DNA of 63,447 nucleotides, taken from a virus. Lineage: Duplodnaviria; Caudoviricetes. The stretch covers positions 1 through 63,447 of IMG/VR virus record IMGVR_UViG_3300048583_000179, one strand, 5' to 3'. The notes under the pieces are model-generated. The model saw nothing but the letters and a program-made list of their open reading frames with translations, was not told where the DNA came from and did no database searches. A program made the translations under genes and the position numbers. Shown here in pieces: positions 8,937 to 16,293 of the stretch (its first letter is position 1; the number at the start of each line of letters is the position of its first letter).

Positions 8937-9102
8937 TTTCGTTTTGGATGATCATGAGCTGCTTGTCCAGCCCGTCGCAGATCGGGCAGACTACCCTGTC
9001 GCCCCTCTTGGCGGCACAGTTGTTGATAGTGTTCTCGTACCTCCGCTTCTGCGTGCTGAGGAAGAGCCACGTCCTCTTAGATAGGTTCCAGTGAAGCATT
9101 GT

Positions 9103-9333
9103 CTACTCCAGAAGCCATGTCAGCTTGCGAAGGCTGACGGGGTAGTTGGCGAAGACTGCGTTGCAGAAGAGGGCAGCGTCGGTGATGCGCCACGCTTCGA
9201 ACTCTACCACAACAAGGATCTTGTCAAACGGCTTGGCCACCGTTACCTTCTTGGCGAAGTGCCTCGCCGCTGCTGCCTTGATCGGGGCGTCGTTAACATC
9301 GTCGCCCTGAAGGATCACGTCTACCATAATCAT
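9103..9333 (-). CDS. Hypothetical early protein
   Basis: 76-aa ORF with GAGGGGGG RBS upstream. Confidence 0.55.
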   Translation of the reverse strand: MIMVDVILQGDDVNDAPIKAAAARHFAKKVTVAKPFDKILVVVEFEAWRITDAALFCNAVFANYPVSLRKLTWLLE

Positions 9334-9454
9334 AGCCAGTCGATGCCCCCCTCAACTAAAGATTTGATAAACCGATCGAAGCTCTTCCTATGGATCCACG
9401 GCCAGAGAAGGCCGAGTGGCCCTGCGATGAGCAGGGCCACATACTGCCACTTCT

Positions 9455-9793
9455 TCACCCGGCCATCTCTTGCTTGGCCTTCACCCGCATTTCGTTGAGG
9501 ATGGGCTTGAGCTGCTTGGCGATCCAGCGGCTTTCCAGCTCATCGCTGCTGCCCACGTTGGTCTTCAGCCCAATGCGCCGGGCCACGTCGCCCACGGTGA
9601 TGCCGACGTCGTACCCGTTGAGCTTGTTCCAGAGTGCGTAGCGCACGAACCAGTCCACGTAGTTCTTTTCCGTGATGGTACCGATGCCAGTGGCCATGCA
9701 GCCGAAGATGATGTCCCGCGTCTTGACCCACTCGTCCCCGTCCTTGATCGCATCAACTTCAGCGACCGCTGTTAGATCCCAATTGAGCGCCAT
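9455..9793 (-). CDS. Conserved phage hypothetical protein
   Basis: MALNWDL...GIGTITEKN...RRIGLKTNV; start re-called after CAGGGGGTAC. Confidence 0.75.
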   Translation of the reverse strand: MALNWDLTAVAEVDAIKDGDEWVKTRDIIFGCMATGIGTITEKNYVDWFVRYALWNKLNGYDVGITVGDVARRIGLKTNVGSSDELESRWIAKQLKPILNEMRVKAKQEMAG

Positions 9794-9983
9794 GGATGTA
9801 CCCCCTGATGAATGCGGCAGCTTCCTTCGGCCCACGGGCTGTGTGCAGAACGAAACCTGCCTGTGTGGAAATGATGAACAACGTGCAGCCGTACTCGGGC
9901 TTCCTCGGCCTGACCCACAGGGAGGCGGTCTTTGCGAGCCCCGCCACTTCGGGCCATGGGTTGTGCCTGATCTTAGTTCCCAA
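9759..9983 (-). CDS. Hypothetical early protein (TTG start)
   Basis: Preceded by CTAACAGGGGGTAC. Confidence 0.6.
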   Translation of the reverse strand: MGTKIRHNPWPEVAGLAKTASLWVRPRKPEYGCTLFIISTQAGFVLHTARGPKEAAAFIRGYIHGAQLGSNSGR

Positions 9984-10035
9984 GGTACCCCCTGTTAGTG
10001 AGGACGGCTGCGAGTGCCCCCCGTGGGCACATGGT

Positions 10036-10064
10036 AAGGTAGCTCATCAACCTTCAACCTGCAA
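10036..10064 (-). promoter_or_regulatory. sigma70-like early promoter TTGCAG-N17-TACCTT
   Basis: Repeated promoter family, followed by GTGCCC...GGGCAC hairpin. Confidence 0.65.
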
Positions 10065-10380
10065 GTAGCGTGATAACTGCGTCGAGCTTGTCGAACGTCA
10101 GCTTGATCTCACCCCGTGATGACCAGTGGCGCGTGAGGTCGTAGTGGATCAGGGGCAGGTACGTTCCCCGATCGGTGAGGAAACATGCGGTGAGGCTGAG
10201 GTAGGGGGCATAGTGTTCGGACAGGCGAGGCGACGTCCACCCGTTGGCGTAAATCCCCTCCTTGACGTCGACAACGATGCCGTCCGCGTTGAACACCCAG
10301 ATGACATCGTCCGTCGGCTTGAAGGTGTTGCCGTGCTCGGCGAGCCAGCGAAGCCCGGCGTCAGTGGTGATTGGTTTCAT
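10054..10380 (-). CDS. Hypothetical early protein
   Basis: MKPITTDAG...; start overlaps upstream stop. Confidence 0.6.
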   Translation of the reverse strand: MKPITTDAGLRWLAEHGNTFKPTDDVIWVFNADGIVVDVKEGIYANGWTSPRLSEHYAPYLSLTACFLTDRGTYLPLIHYDLTRHWSSRGEIKLTFDKLDAVITLLAG

Positions 10381-10691
10381 GTCAGGGCCGACAGGGCTGT
10401 GAACCAGCCACAGGTGCAGATTCCACGGGTGGGGATATCGCATGTAGCCGTGTGACCTCCGTAGGTGGCGATGATGGTTTCCATCTTCTTCAGCCTGCCC
10501 TGGAGCTCAAGCGCCGAGTTATACAGGGCAGGGGGCAGGTCGGGGGGCAGTGGTTTGACGTCGCCACGCGTCCGTGCGGACGGGCCAAAACAGGTGTGAT
10601 GGGCCGTGTACAGGCAGCCGCACCCGTCGCACTGACGGGCCTTGAGGTGGCTGTCGCCTTCCAGCCTGAGTAGGAATGCTTTATCGGCCAT
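10377..10691 (-). CDS. Hypothetical Cys/His-rich early protein
   Basis: CDGCGC..HHTC and HTATC..CTC motifs. Confidence 0.55.
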   Translation of the reverse strand: MADKAFLLRLEGDSHLKARQCDGCGCLYTAHHTCFGPSARTRGDVKPLPPDLPPALYNSALELQGRLKKMETIIATYGGHTATCDIPTRGICTCGWFTALSALT

Positions 10692-10974
10692 CTTCGGTTG
10701 TCCTCCGGTCAAGGTTGATCAGCATGGGTGGGCCGGACAGTAGTTCGCGCACGAGCCCAAACAGGTTCGTGTCGACACTCGTTATGAGGTGGATGGTGAA
10801 GTGGTATTTCGCTGGTCCATCGGCATCGGACCAGTGCGGCGGGTAGGTCGTCACCAGTTGCGTAAAGGTGACGTAGGCGTCGGTCATCCGCACGATCTTG
10901 CGCAGGACCACATCGTGTACATCCTCGCACGTCGCGCGGTTCGGGTAGCTGTTTCCCTGGATAGTGATGTTCAT
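10681..10974 (-). CDS. Hypothetical early protein
   Basis: Coupled ORF with GGGAGGA RBS. Confidence 0.6.
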   Translation of the reverse strand: MNITIQGNSYPNRATCEDVHDVVLRKIVRMTDAYVTFTQLVTTYPPHWSDADGPAKYHFTIHLITSVDTNLFGLVRELLSGPPMLINLDRRTTEDGR

Positions 10975-11213
10975 TCGTCGTCCTCCCTTTCGAAGAAGTT
11001 GATTTCCTTAGCCCCCCAGAGGATGGCCACTGCGCCCACGCAGCGAGCCGCCATGTCCTCGGCGAACGTGATACCAATGATCCGCTCGGTAGGGTGTTTC
11101 ATGGTGTGATCGTAAGCGTTCGTTCCACCCTGCCGTTCGGCCGCTTCGAGCACTGCGTCTATGCCCTTCCTCGGCGCCTTCCCGTCGAACACCATGCGTA
11201 GCCGGGTCTTCAT
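10971..11213 (-). CDS. Hypothetical early protein
   Basis: MKTRLRMVFDG...; preceded by CTAACAGTGAGGT. Confidence 0.6.
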   Translation of the reverse strand: MKTRLRMVFDGKAPRKGIDAVLEAAERQGGTNAYDHTMKHPTERIIGITFAEDMAARCVGAVAILWGAKEINFFEREDDE

Positions 11214-11367
11214 TAAAACCTCACTGTTAGAAGTAGGAAGGGGTTGCTGCGCGAGAGCTCCTTGCAGACGGCCCACCGGGCGTTGGACTTCTTCATGTGA
11301 TGGCCCATGTTTTCGAGCAGCGTCTGGTTGAAGCCTTCCATCGCCTCGGGCTTCTTTACGATGTTGA

Positions 11368-11502
11368 TCACAGCTCCTCCAGTACGGCCGACTTGACGGT
11401 CGTCACCTTCAGGAAGAACTGCTGCGCCTTGCGGGCGCGTTCAGCGGTGGGGTAAGTCAGCGGGTACGATGCGCCAGTGTAAAACGTGAGGATTAGCTTC
11501 AT
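11368..11502 (-). CDS. Small early protein (44 aa, not in ORF track)
   Basis: MKLILTFYTGASYPLTYPTAERARKAQQFF...; preceded by CTAATAGGGGGT. Confidence 0.6.
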   Translation of the reverse strand: MKLILTFYTGASYPLTYPTAERARKAQQFFLKVTTVKSAVLEEL

Positions 11503-11556
11503 TTGGCACCCCCTATTAGGACACTACCGTTTGATGGCCCCCGTTGGCCATGGTGT

Positions 11557-11585
11557 AAGGTAGCTCATCGACTAAGTCTGCGCAA
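11557..11585 (-). promoter_or_regulatory. sigma70-like early promoter TTGCGC-N17-TACCTT
   Basis: Repeated family; -35 box lies in one arm of the 11580-11626 inverted repeat. Confidence 0.7.
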
Positions 11586-11626
11586 GGGGTACGGAAAAGG
11601 TACTTCTCTTTCCGTACCCCTTGCGC
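11580..11626. repeat. 18-bp perfect inverted repeat
   Basis: GCGCAAGGGGTACGGAAA-N11-TTTCCGTACCCCTTGCGC. Confidence 0.85.
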
Positions 11627-11730
11627 TCATTAACGCCCTTTCTCGTACCGGGGGTGACTAAGATGTTGGCTCTTCTTAAAGACTTGCTTACGGCTCTTTA
11701 TCAAGTATCGGGTTTTCAGTGTCATCTACC

Positions 11731-11818
11731 TATTGGCTATTGCCCCTATATAGGGTTACTATAACCGATCAAAATGTTTTCTAAAAAATTCGGAATGTGC
11801 CAATAGGGGTAATAGGGT
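11731..11818. repeat. AT-rich duplicated element, copy 1 (candidate replication origin)
   Basis: CCTATATAGGGTTACTATAACCGATCAAAA (11745-11774) is identical to 38675-38704; flanked by TATTGG/CCAATA. Confidence 0.7.
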
Positions 11819-12051
11819 AGAGGGGTAACTGGGAGTACTGTAAAGGGTTACGATGCGTATTGGAGATAGGTACAGTGATAATGCTCTACCGATAATGGGG
11901 TAATAACACTGAAGGACCGCGAGCGGGATCAGGGTTCGTAGTGTTGTTATATCAGTGTCTAGAACGTATATTAGGTCGCAGTTATCGGGACGGCCCGGGC
12001 ATCGCCGCGAGGTGAAGACGACCTTGACCTTGCACACACGTAGAGGTAACA

Positions 12052-12468
12052 ATGCGTGAGCATGCCATTTTGGCACGGTATGCCAAGCAGGCAGCCGACC
12101 TGCCAATCCTGTTGCACCGGATAGAGAACCGAGTTCACAAGGGAACACCCGACTACCTCTGGACTTCTCAGGGGTTCACAGCGTTCCTTGAAATGAAGAG
12201 CTACGATACGGGTCACTGGGTGTCACCCGAGCAGGCGATCTTCATGAGAAAGTGGACTGAAGCAGGAGGGCATGCCGGAGTATTGGCAAGCGGGAGAAGT
12301 CTGGAGTGGGACTACTACCCTGCCTTGGCCGACCACAGTTGGGTAAAGAAGATCCAAGATCGCAAAATCGCTCCAGCCTTCAGCTTTCCGGTCTTCAACT
12401 ACTCGGCTCTTCTCCAGATTATCGCTCTTCACCGTGAGCTCGTTCCTACAATCTCTGGGTCTCCCTAA
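12052..12468 (+). CDS. VRR-NUC / PD-(D/E)XK nuclease (resolvase-like)
   Basis: RIENRVHKGTPD...AFLEMK...SPEQAIF..KW..AGG. Confidence 0.8.
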   Translation: MREHAILARYAKQAADLPILLHRIENRVHKGTPDYLWTSQGFTAFLEMKSYDTGHWVSPEQAIFMRKWTEAGGHAGVLASGRSLEWDYYPALADHSWVKKIQDRKIAPAFSFPVFNYSALLQIIALHRELVPTISGSP

Positions 12469-12580
12469 TCAGGTCTCCCCAATCAACTCCGAGAAGACGA
12501 CTCCAAGACGCGTAACCGCGTTCCAAATCTGGATTTCTCGTAGTACAGGTTGGGGAAGAATTGAACTCGCCTAGGGGAAT

Positions 12581-12604
12581 GAAACAGGGGGCCGAAGCCC
12601 CCTG
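12581..12604 (-). terminator. Intrinsic terminator after the 12625-13023 gene
   Basis: CAGGGGGC-TTCG-GCCCCCTG-TTTC on the minus strand. Confidence 0.75.
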
Positions 12605-12624
12605 CGTCATCCACCCCTTTGTCC

Positions 12625-13023
12625 TCAGGCCGGAGTGGCAGCCTCCACCGCCTTGGCCTTCGCGGCAGCCGCCGCCTCGCGCCGCTCCGCGAGGATGGCC
12701 GCGCAGCCGGGGCACCACGCCTCAGCCGCCTCGTGGCCCGGGATCGCCCCGCCCGGCGCGTAGGCCGCGTCCTTGGCCTCCTTCCGGCTGTTGAAGTGGG
12801 CGACAGTGCCGTGCGCCTCGCAGATGTTGACGAACGTGGTGCCCGGCGCGATGGGGCGGTAGCTGTTGATGCGAACGCCCGTGCTGCGGTTGACGCGCGA
12901 CCGGAACCTGTTGTGCGAGCCGCACGCCTCGGGGTCGGTGAGGACCCGCTCGGCGGGCGCGACGGTGGTCACCGGGGTCTCGGTGGTGGTTTCCGTCGCG
13001 GTGGTCTTCTGCTTCTTCGACAT
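12625..13023 (-). CDS. Zn-finger-like early protein, normally encoded paralog of 16294-16761
   Basis: Thr-rich N-tail, VNICEAHG...YAPGG...AWCPGCA; highly GC3-biased codons; own promoter and terminator. Confidence 0.8.
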   Translation of the reverse strand: MSKKQKTTATETTTETPVTTVAPAERVLTDPEACGSHNRFRSRVNRSTGVRINSYRPIAPGTTFVNICEAHGTVAHFNSRKEAKDAAYAPGGAIPGHEAAEAWCPGCAAILAERREAAAAAKAKAVEAATPA

Positions 13024-13078
13024 AGTGTACCCCCCCTGTTAGTGTGAGCCGCCCAGCGTCGTGCTGTAGCGTACACCA

Positions 13079-13107
13079 ATAATACTTCAACGCCACGTCG
13101 GACGCAA
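13079..13107 (-). promoter_or_regulatory. sigma70-like promoter TTGCGT-N17-TATTAT
   Basis: Near consensus; upstream of CTAACAGGGGGGGTAC leader. Confidence 0.75.
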
Positions 13108-13386
13108 TACCCGTTGAGGTCTTGTTACAGTTTGCCCCGGACTAAGTCTGCCCTCCACTTCTAGCAATCTCCGCGGGTGCGTGTTCTTATAATCGCTGCG
13201 GGCTCGCGCTCATATTGTCGCCTCTTCCTCGTGCTCTAGACTTCTCCTTCTAGATTTCTCACCCGGTGGCTCCGGCCAGCCCGAGTGCGGGGAGAACGAG
13301 ATAACGACAAGGCCCGACCGAGACCGAGAAAGGGCTAACAGGCTACGCCGAAGTGAGAAAGTGCTACGCTGATGAATACTGGGGGC

Positions 13387-13415
13387 TGGCGTGACGAATG
13401 GGTGGGGGCTATATT
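13387..13415 (+). promoter_or_regulatory. sigma70-like promoter TGGCGT-N17-TATATT
   Basis: Shares CTGGCGTGACGA...GCTATATT with the 43313-43341 promoter; followed by GTGCGC hairpin and leader. Confidence 0.7.
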
Positions 13416-13458
13416 GGGGGGTGCGCACCAACGCGCACCACACTAACAGGGGGTAGGT

Positions 13459-13824
13459 ATGTACGTGCCAACCTTGCAAAACAACGCCGTGCCGTGGCAG
13501 GTGCAGGTAGTGGCCATGGTGCCCAACAGCACCCCCGTTGCCCTACTGGGCAACTTGCAGCATGCCATGTATGCTGCCGCTGCCCCGTGGCACGGTAGCA
13601 TGGTGGCCAGTGTGGGCAACGCCACGGGGGAAAATGGGTGGTTGGAAGTTGCGTTTACCGCCCACATGCACCCCGCCTACATGCTGGTGGACAATGCGCA
13701 AGCGGTTACCCCCCGGCTAGTGCAACAGGGCGGGGAAATACTGGCGCAGTGGGTGGGGCACCTACATGCCATGCTGCCGGGGGCCGTGCTGTACCAAGCC
13801 AAGTTGGAAAACCCCAACTACTAG
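13459..13824 (+). CDS. Hypothetical immediate-early protein encoded in TC-free DNA
   Basis: CTAACAGGGGGT leader; zero TC and only 5 GA, all starting Asp/Glu codons. Confidence 0.8.
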   Translation: MYVPTLQNNAVPWQVQVVAMVPNSTPVALLGNLQHAMYAAAAPWHGSMVASVGNATGENGWLEVAFTAHMHPAYMLVDNAQAVTPRLVQQGGEILAQWVGHLHAMLPGAVLYQAKLENPNY

Positions 13825-13871
13825 GGGTAACCGGGTGGGGGGTAACCCCCACCCACCATACAGGGGGTACA

Positions 13872-14171
13872 ATGGAAGAAGCAACAGGGTGGTTGGTCTC
13901 AGTTACCATGCCGTACAGCCTAACTGAAGACAGGCACGTACAGGCTCTTCAAACCCTCACCAATTTCACTTCGCACATGCCAGACTTCTCCGAGGGAGAC
14001 GGGGGCACAAGCAGCGAAGAAGGGCGGGGCATGGTGTACGTGGAAGAAGTGTACAGCACCAGTCTCGGCCACGCCATGCAGTACCTCCAGCTCGCCCTGT
14101 CTCTGGGGGCGTACTGCGGGGATGTGGTGCCAGCCCGTATCGACGAAGAAGGGATACCCGTGGAGATGTAG
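13872..14171 (+). CDS. Small acidic early protein
   Basis: ATG after CATACAGGGGGTAC; MEEATGW...; no Lys, many Asp/Glu. Confidence 0.75.
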   Translation: MEEATGWLVSVTMPYSLTEDRHVQALQTLTNFTSHMPDFSEGDGGTSSEEGRGMVYVEEVYSTSLGHAMQYLQLALSLGAYCGDVVPARIDEEGIPVEM

Positions 14172-14276
14172 CGGGGGCGGGGCGAGAGCTCTCGCCCCGC
14201 CCCTTAGTAGGTGGGTACGAGAAAGGGCGATTGTTCTCTGGAGATGACCACTCCCCATCAAGACTTCTCAAGCCAC

Positions 14277-14305
14277 TTGCGTGGCGACTCAACGGGTGCT
14301 AGCTT
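14277..14305 (+). promoter_or_regulatory. sigma70-like promoter TTGCGT-N17-TAGCTT
   Basis: Repeated family; spacer contains GACTCAA. Confidence 0.7.
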
Positions 14306-14349
14306 ACAGTGTAGGGTAGTACAGCGATTCCAACCTAATAGGGGGTACC

Positions 14350-14628
14350 ATGCGCGAACCGGCCTACCTGTACCTGCAACTCTCGCCCAAGCCGGGCACC
14401 ACCGCAGAAGAAATTATTGCCTACTGGCAGCGGTTGGATTCCCTCGCGGTTACCATGTGCGGCGAAGGTGCGCAGCAGCACATGGCCAATTGGACGAACC
14501 ACGGCTACCTTGATTTTTGGGTGGCCCACCCCAACAGCGATACTTTGGGCCGGTTGAAAGCGGCATGGTTGGCCGTGCCCGCACCCGGCGAAACCGGGGC
14601 AGTAGTAGACGAAGGCGAAGGCGACTAA
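14350..14628 (+). CDS. Small acidic early protein
   Basis: CTAATAGGGGGTAC leader; own promoter. Confidence 0.75.
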   Translation: MREPAYLYLQLSPKPGTTAEEIIAYWQRLDSLAVTMCGEGAQQHMANWTNHGYLDFWVAHPNSDTLGRLKAAWLAVPAPGETGAVVDEGEGD

Positions 14629-14724
14629 TAGCAAACACCGGGGCGGCAGTTCTCGCCCCGGTAGGTGCCCACAGGGCGAGAAGTCTAGACCCCATCAGGC
14701 CCGATCGCGACTTCTCCGAGCCCC

Positions 14725-14753
14725 TTGTGTGCGGACTCAACGCGAGGTATTAT
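14725..14753 (+). promoter_or_regulatory. sigma70-like promoter TTGTGT-N17-TATTAT
   Basis: Repeated family; spacer contains GACTCAA. Confidence 0.7.
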
Positions 14754-14797
14754 ACAGGGTAGGCAATAGGCAACATCCTCACCTAACAGGGGGCACC

Positions 14798-15076
14798 ATG
14801 CCAGTCATCACTTTACCACAGGCCAAGTACACAACGTTCTACTTGGACAACGCAAGAGATTACACGTTGGACGAGTTTGCCCGTGTGGCCGCAGAGCACG
14901 AGATCCTGTGCGGCTACCTGCCGTGGGCCACGCCCGACGAGGACTTGGGCACCGTGGGAGAGTACTGGTTCCTCACGTTTACCAAGGCCCAACAGGCAGT
15001 GGTGGACGGGATGAACGGGTACCCCAGTGTCCTCGACTGGGTGACGGACGAGGGACCGTTTGACCTAAACATGTAG
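14798..15076 (+). CDS. Small acidic, aromatic-rich early protein
   Basis: Start re-called after CTAACAGGGGGC; MPVITLPQAKY... Confidence 0.75.
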   Translation: MPVITLPQAKYTTFYLDNARDYTLDEFARVAAEHEILCGYLPWATPDEDLGTVGEYWFLTFTKAQQAVVDGMNGYPSVLDWVTDEGPFDLNM

Positions 15077-15229
15077 GACTCGTGGGCGGGTGGGGGCTCG
15101 TGCCCTCGCCTCGCCGGTGTGTTCTTCAGAGAAAGGGTGACTGTGAGCTCCTGCCCTGAGCTCCTGTTCAAGACTTCTCGCCCCTGTGCTCCGGCGAAGA
15201 GCGCCGACTCACGCCGGCGCTGCTGACTC

Positions 15230-15394
15230 TTACTGCCGCCTCTTCGCCCGCTCTACCTGCCGACGGAGGTTGCGGAGGGTGGGGCTGACGTGATCCGACG
15301 GAGGCATGCGCAGTGCCCAGAAGACCATGCCGTAGTACAGGATGACTGCGAGCACGATGCCGAGCACCACGCGAATGTTGATGTCGTTGACCAT
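15230..15394 (-). CDS. Small single-TM protein (54 aa, not in ORF track)
   Basis: MVNDINIRVVLGIVLAVILYYGMVFWALR...; CTAACAGGAG leader. Confidence 0.65.
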   Translation of the reverse strand: MVNDINIRVVLGIVLAVILYYGMVFWALRMPPSDHVSPTLRNLRRQVERAKRRQ

Positions 15395-15447
15395 GGGGTG
15401 GATCTCCTGTTAGTGGTGGGGGGCTTGCGCCCCCCGGTTGATGGCGA

Positions 15448-15762
15448 CTACTGCGGGCCGTAGAAGCCGCGCAGCACGAGGTCCTGGTACCGCAGGGTGT
15501 ACGGCAGCTGAACGAGCTGGGTAATGGGACCGGTGATCCCCTTGTACGGGCGCACCCACAGGGTCTCACCGAGCAGTTCGTTGCCCCGGTATTCCTGCAG
15601 CGACACCCACAGCCCGTGACCGGGGTAGGTTTCGTCGCCGCTGAACCCCGCCACGCCCACCCAGTTCGCGCCCGCATGCACGGTGGTAATGCCCGTCATC
15701 TTGAACGCGGTGCGGGCTTCCTCGTCGGCTGCCAACAGCCTTGCCACCTTCACCTGTGCCAT
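15448..15762 (-). CDS. Hypothetical early protein
   Basis: CTAACAGGGGGTAC leader; own promoter. Confidence 0.75.
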   Translation of the reverse strand: MAQVKVARLLAADEEARTAFKMTGITTVHAGANWVGVAGFSGDETYPGHGLWVSLQEYRGNELLGETLWVRPYKGITGPITQLVQLPYTLRYQDLVLRGFYGPQ

Positions 15763-15803
15763 ACCGTACCCCCTGTTAGAGCGGCCCTTATTGGCCGCAC
15801 CTA

Positions 15804-15832
15804 AGTATACCTCGCATTGAGTCGTCGCGCCA
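15804..15832 (-). promoter_or_regulatory. sigma70-like promoter TGGCGC-N17-TATACT
   Basis: Repeated family; spacer contains GACTCAA; GCGGCC hairpin follows. Confidence 0.7.
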
Positions 15833-16098
15833 GTAGGCAGTTATCCTCCTGCAATCGCCCCTCCACGAAGCTCAACATCTCGGGTCAGGCGGTGACGACA
15901 GCCGGATGCGTGTCCTGCAATCTCTGCTCGGCCGAGCTCAAATCTAGATGTCTCGCTCCGGCGACATCGGGATCGGTCTCGGTCACACTATCTCGCCCGG
16001 TGGCGCTACAATCGCTGGACTCCATCGTTCAATTCCTCGTCATCTAACTCTCGCGTTCTCCCCTGTGGCGCGGGCGCAACACCCTGCTGTTGGGCGCA

Positions 16099-16185
16099 CG
16101 CCACATGTGGCGTGCCCGCTACGGTGCCAGGGCCACATGTGGCGCGGGTGCAACAAGCGGGTGTTGGGCGCACGCCACATGTGGC
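16099..16185. repeat. Three copies of the palindrome GCCACATGTGGC
   Basis: 16100-16111, 16132-16143, 16174-16185; copies 1 and 3 lie in a 24-bp direct repeat. Confidence 0.9.
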
Positions 16186-16206
16186 ACGCACGCACACCAC
16201 GGGGCA

Positions 16207-16278
16207 TAGCAAGGCCCGTGCCCCCTTGCGGGCACGGGCCTTGCTACCTGCCGCCCCCCGCCCCTTGCGGCGGGGGGC
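16207..16278 (-). terminator. Two tandem GC-rich hairpins (GCAAGG loops) downstream of 16294-16761
   Basis: 17-bp stem at 16207-16246 and 10-bp stem at 16253-16278; no U-tract. Confidence 0.55.
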
Positions 16279-16293
16279 TTTGCTACCGGGCTG

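Noticed and set aside
11753-11770. Resemblance of TTACTATAACCGATC to the 23S rRNA / I-CeuI site
   Set aside because: Short imperfect match with no flanking rRNA similarity
16088-16185. Mini CRISPR array
   Set aside because: Repeats are 12-24 bp with short irregular spacers, and there are no cas genes
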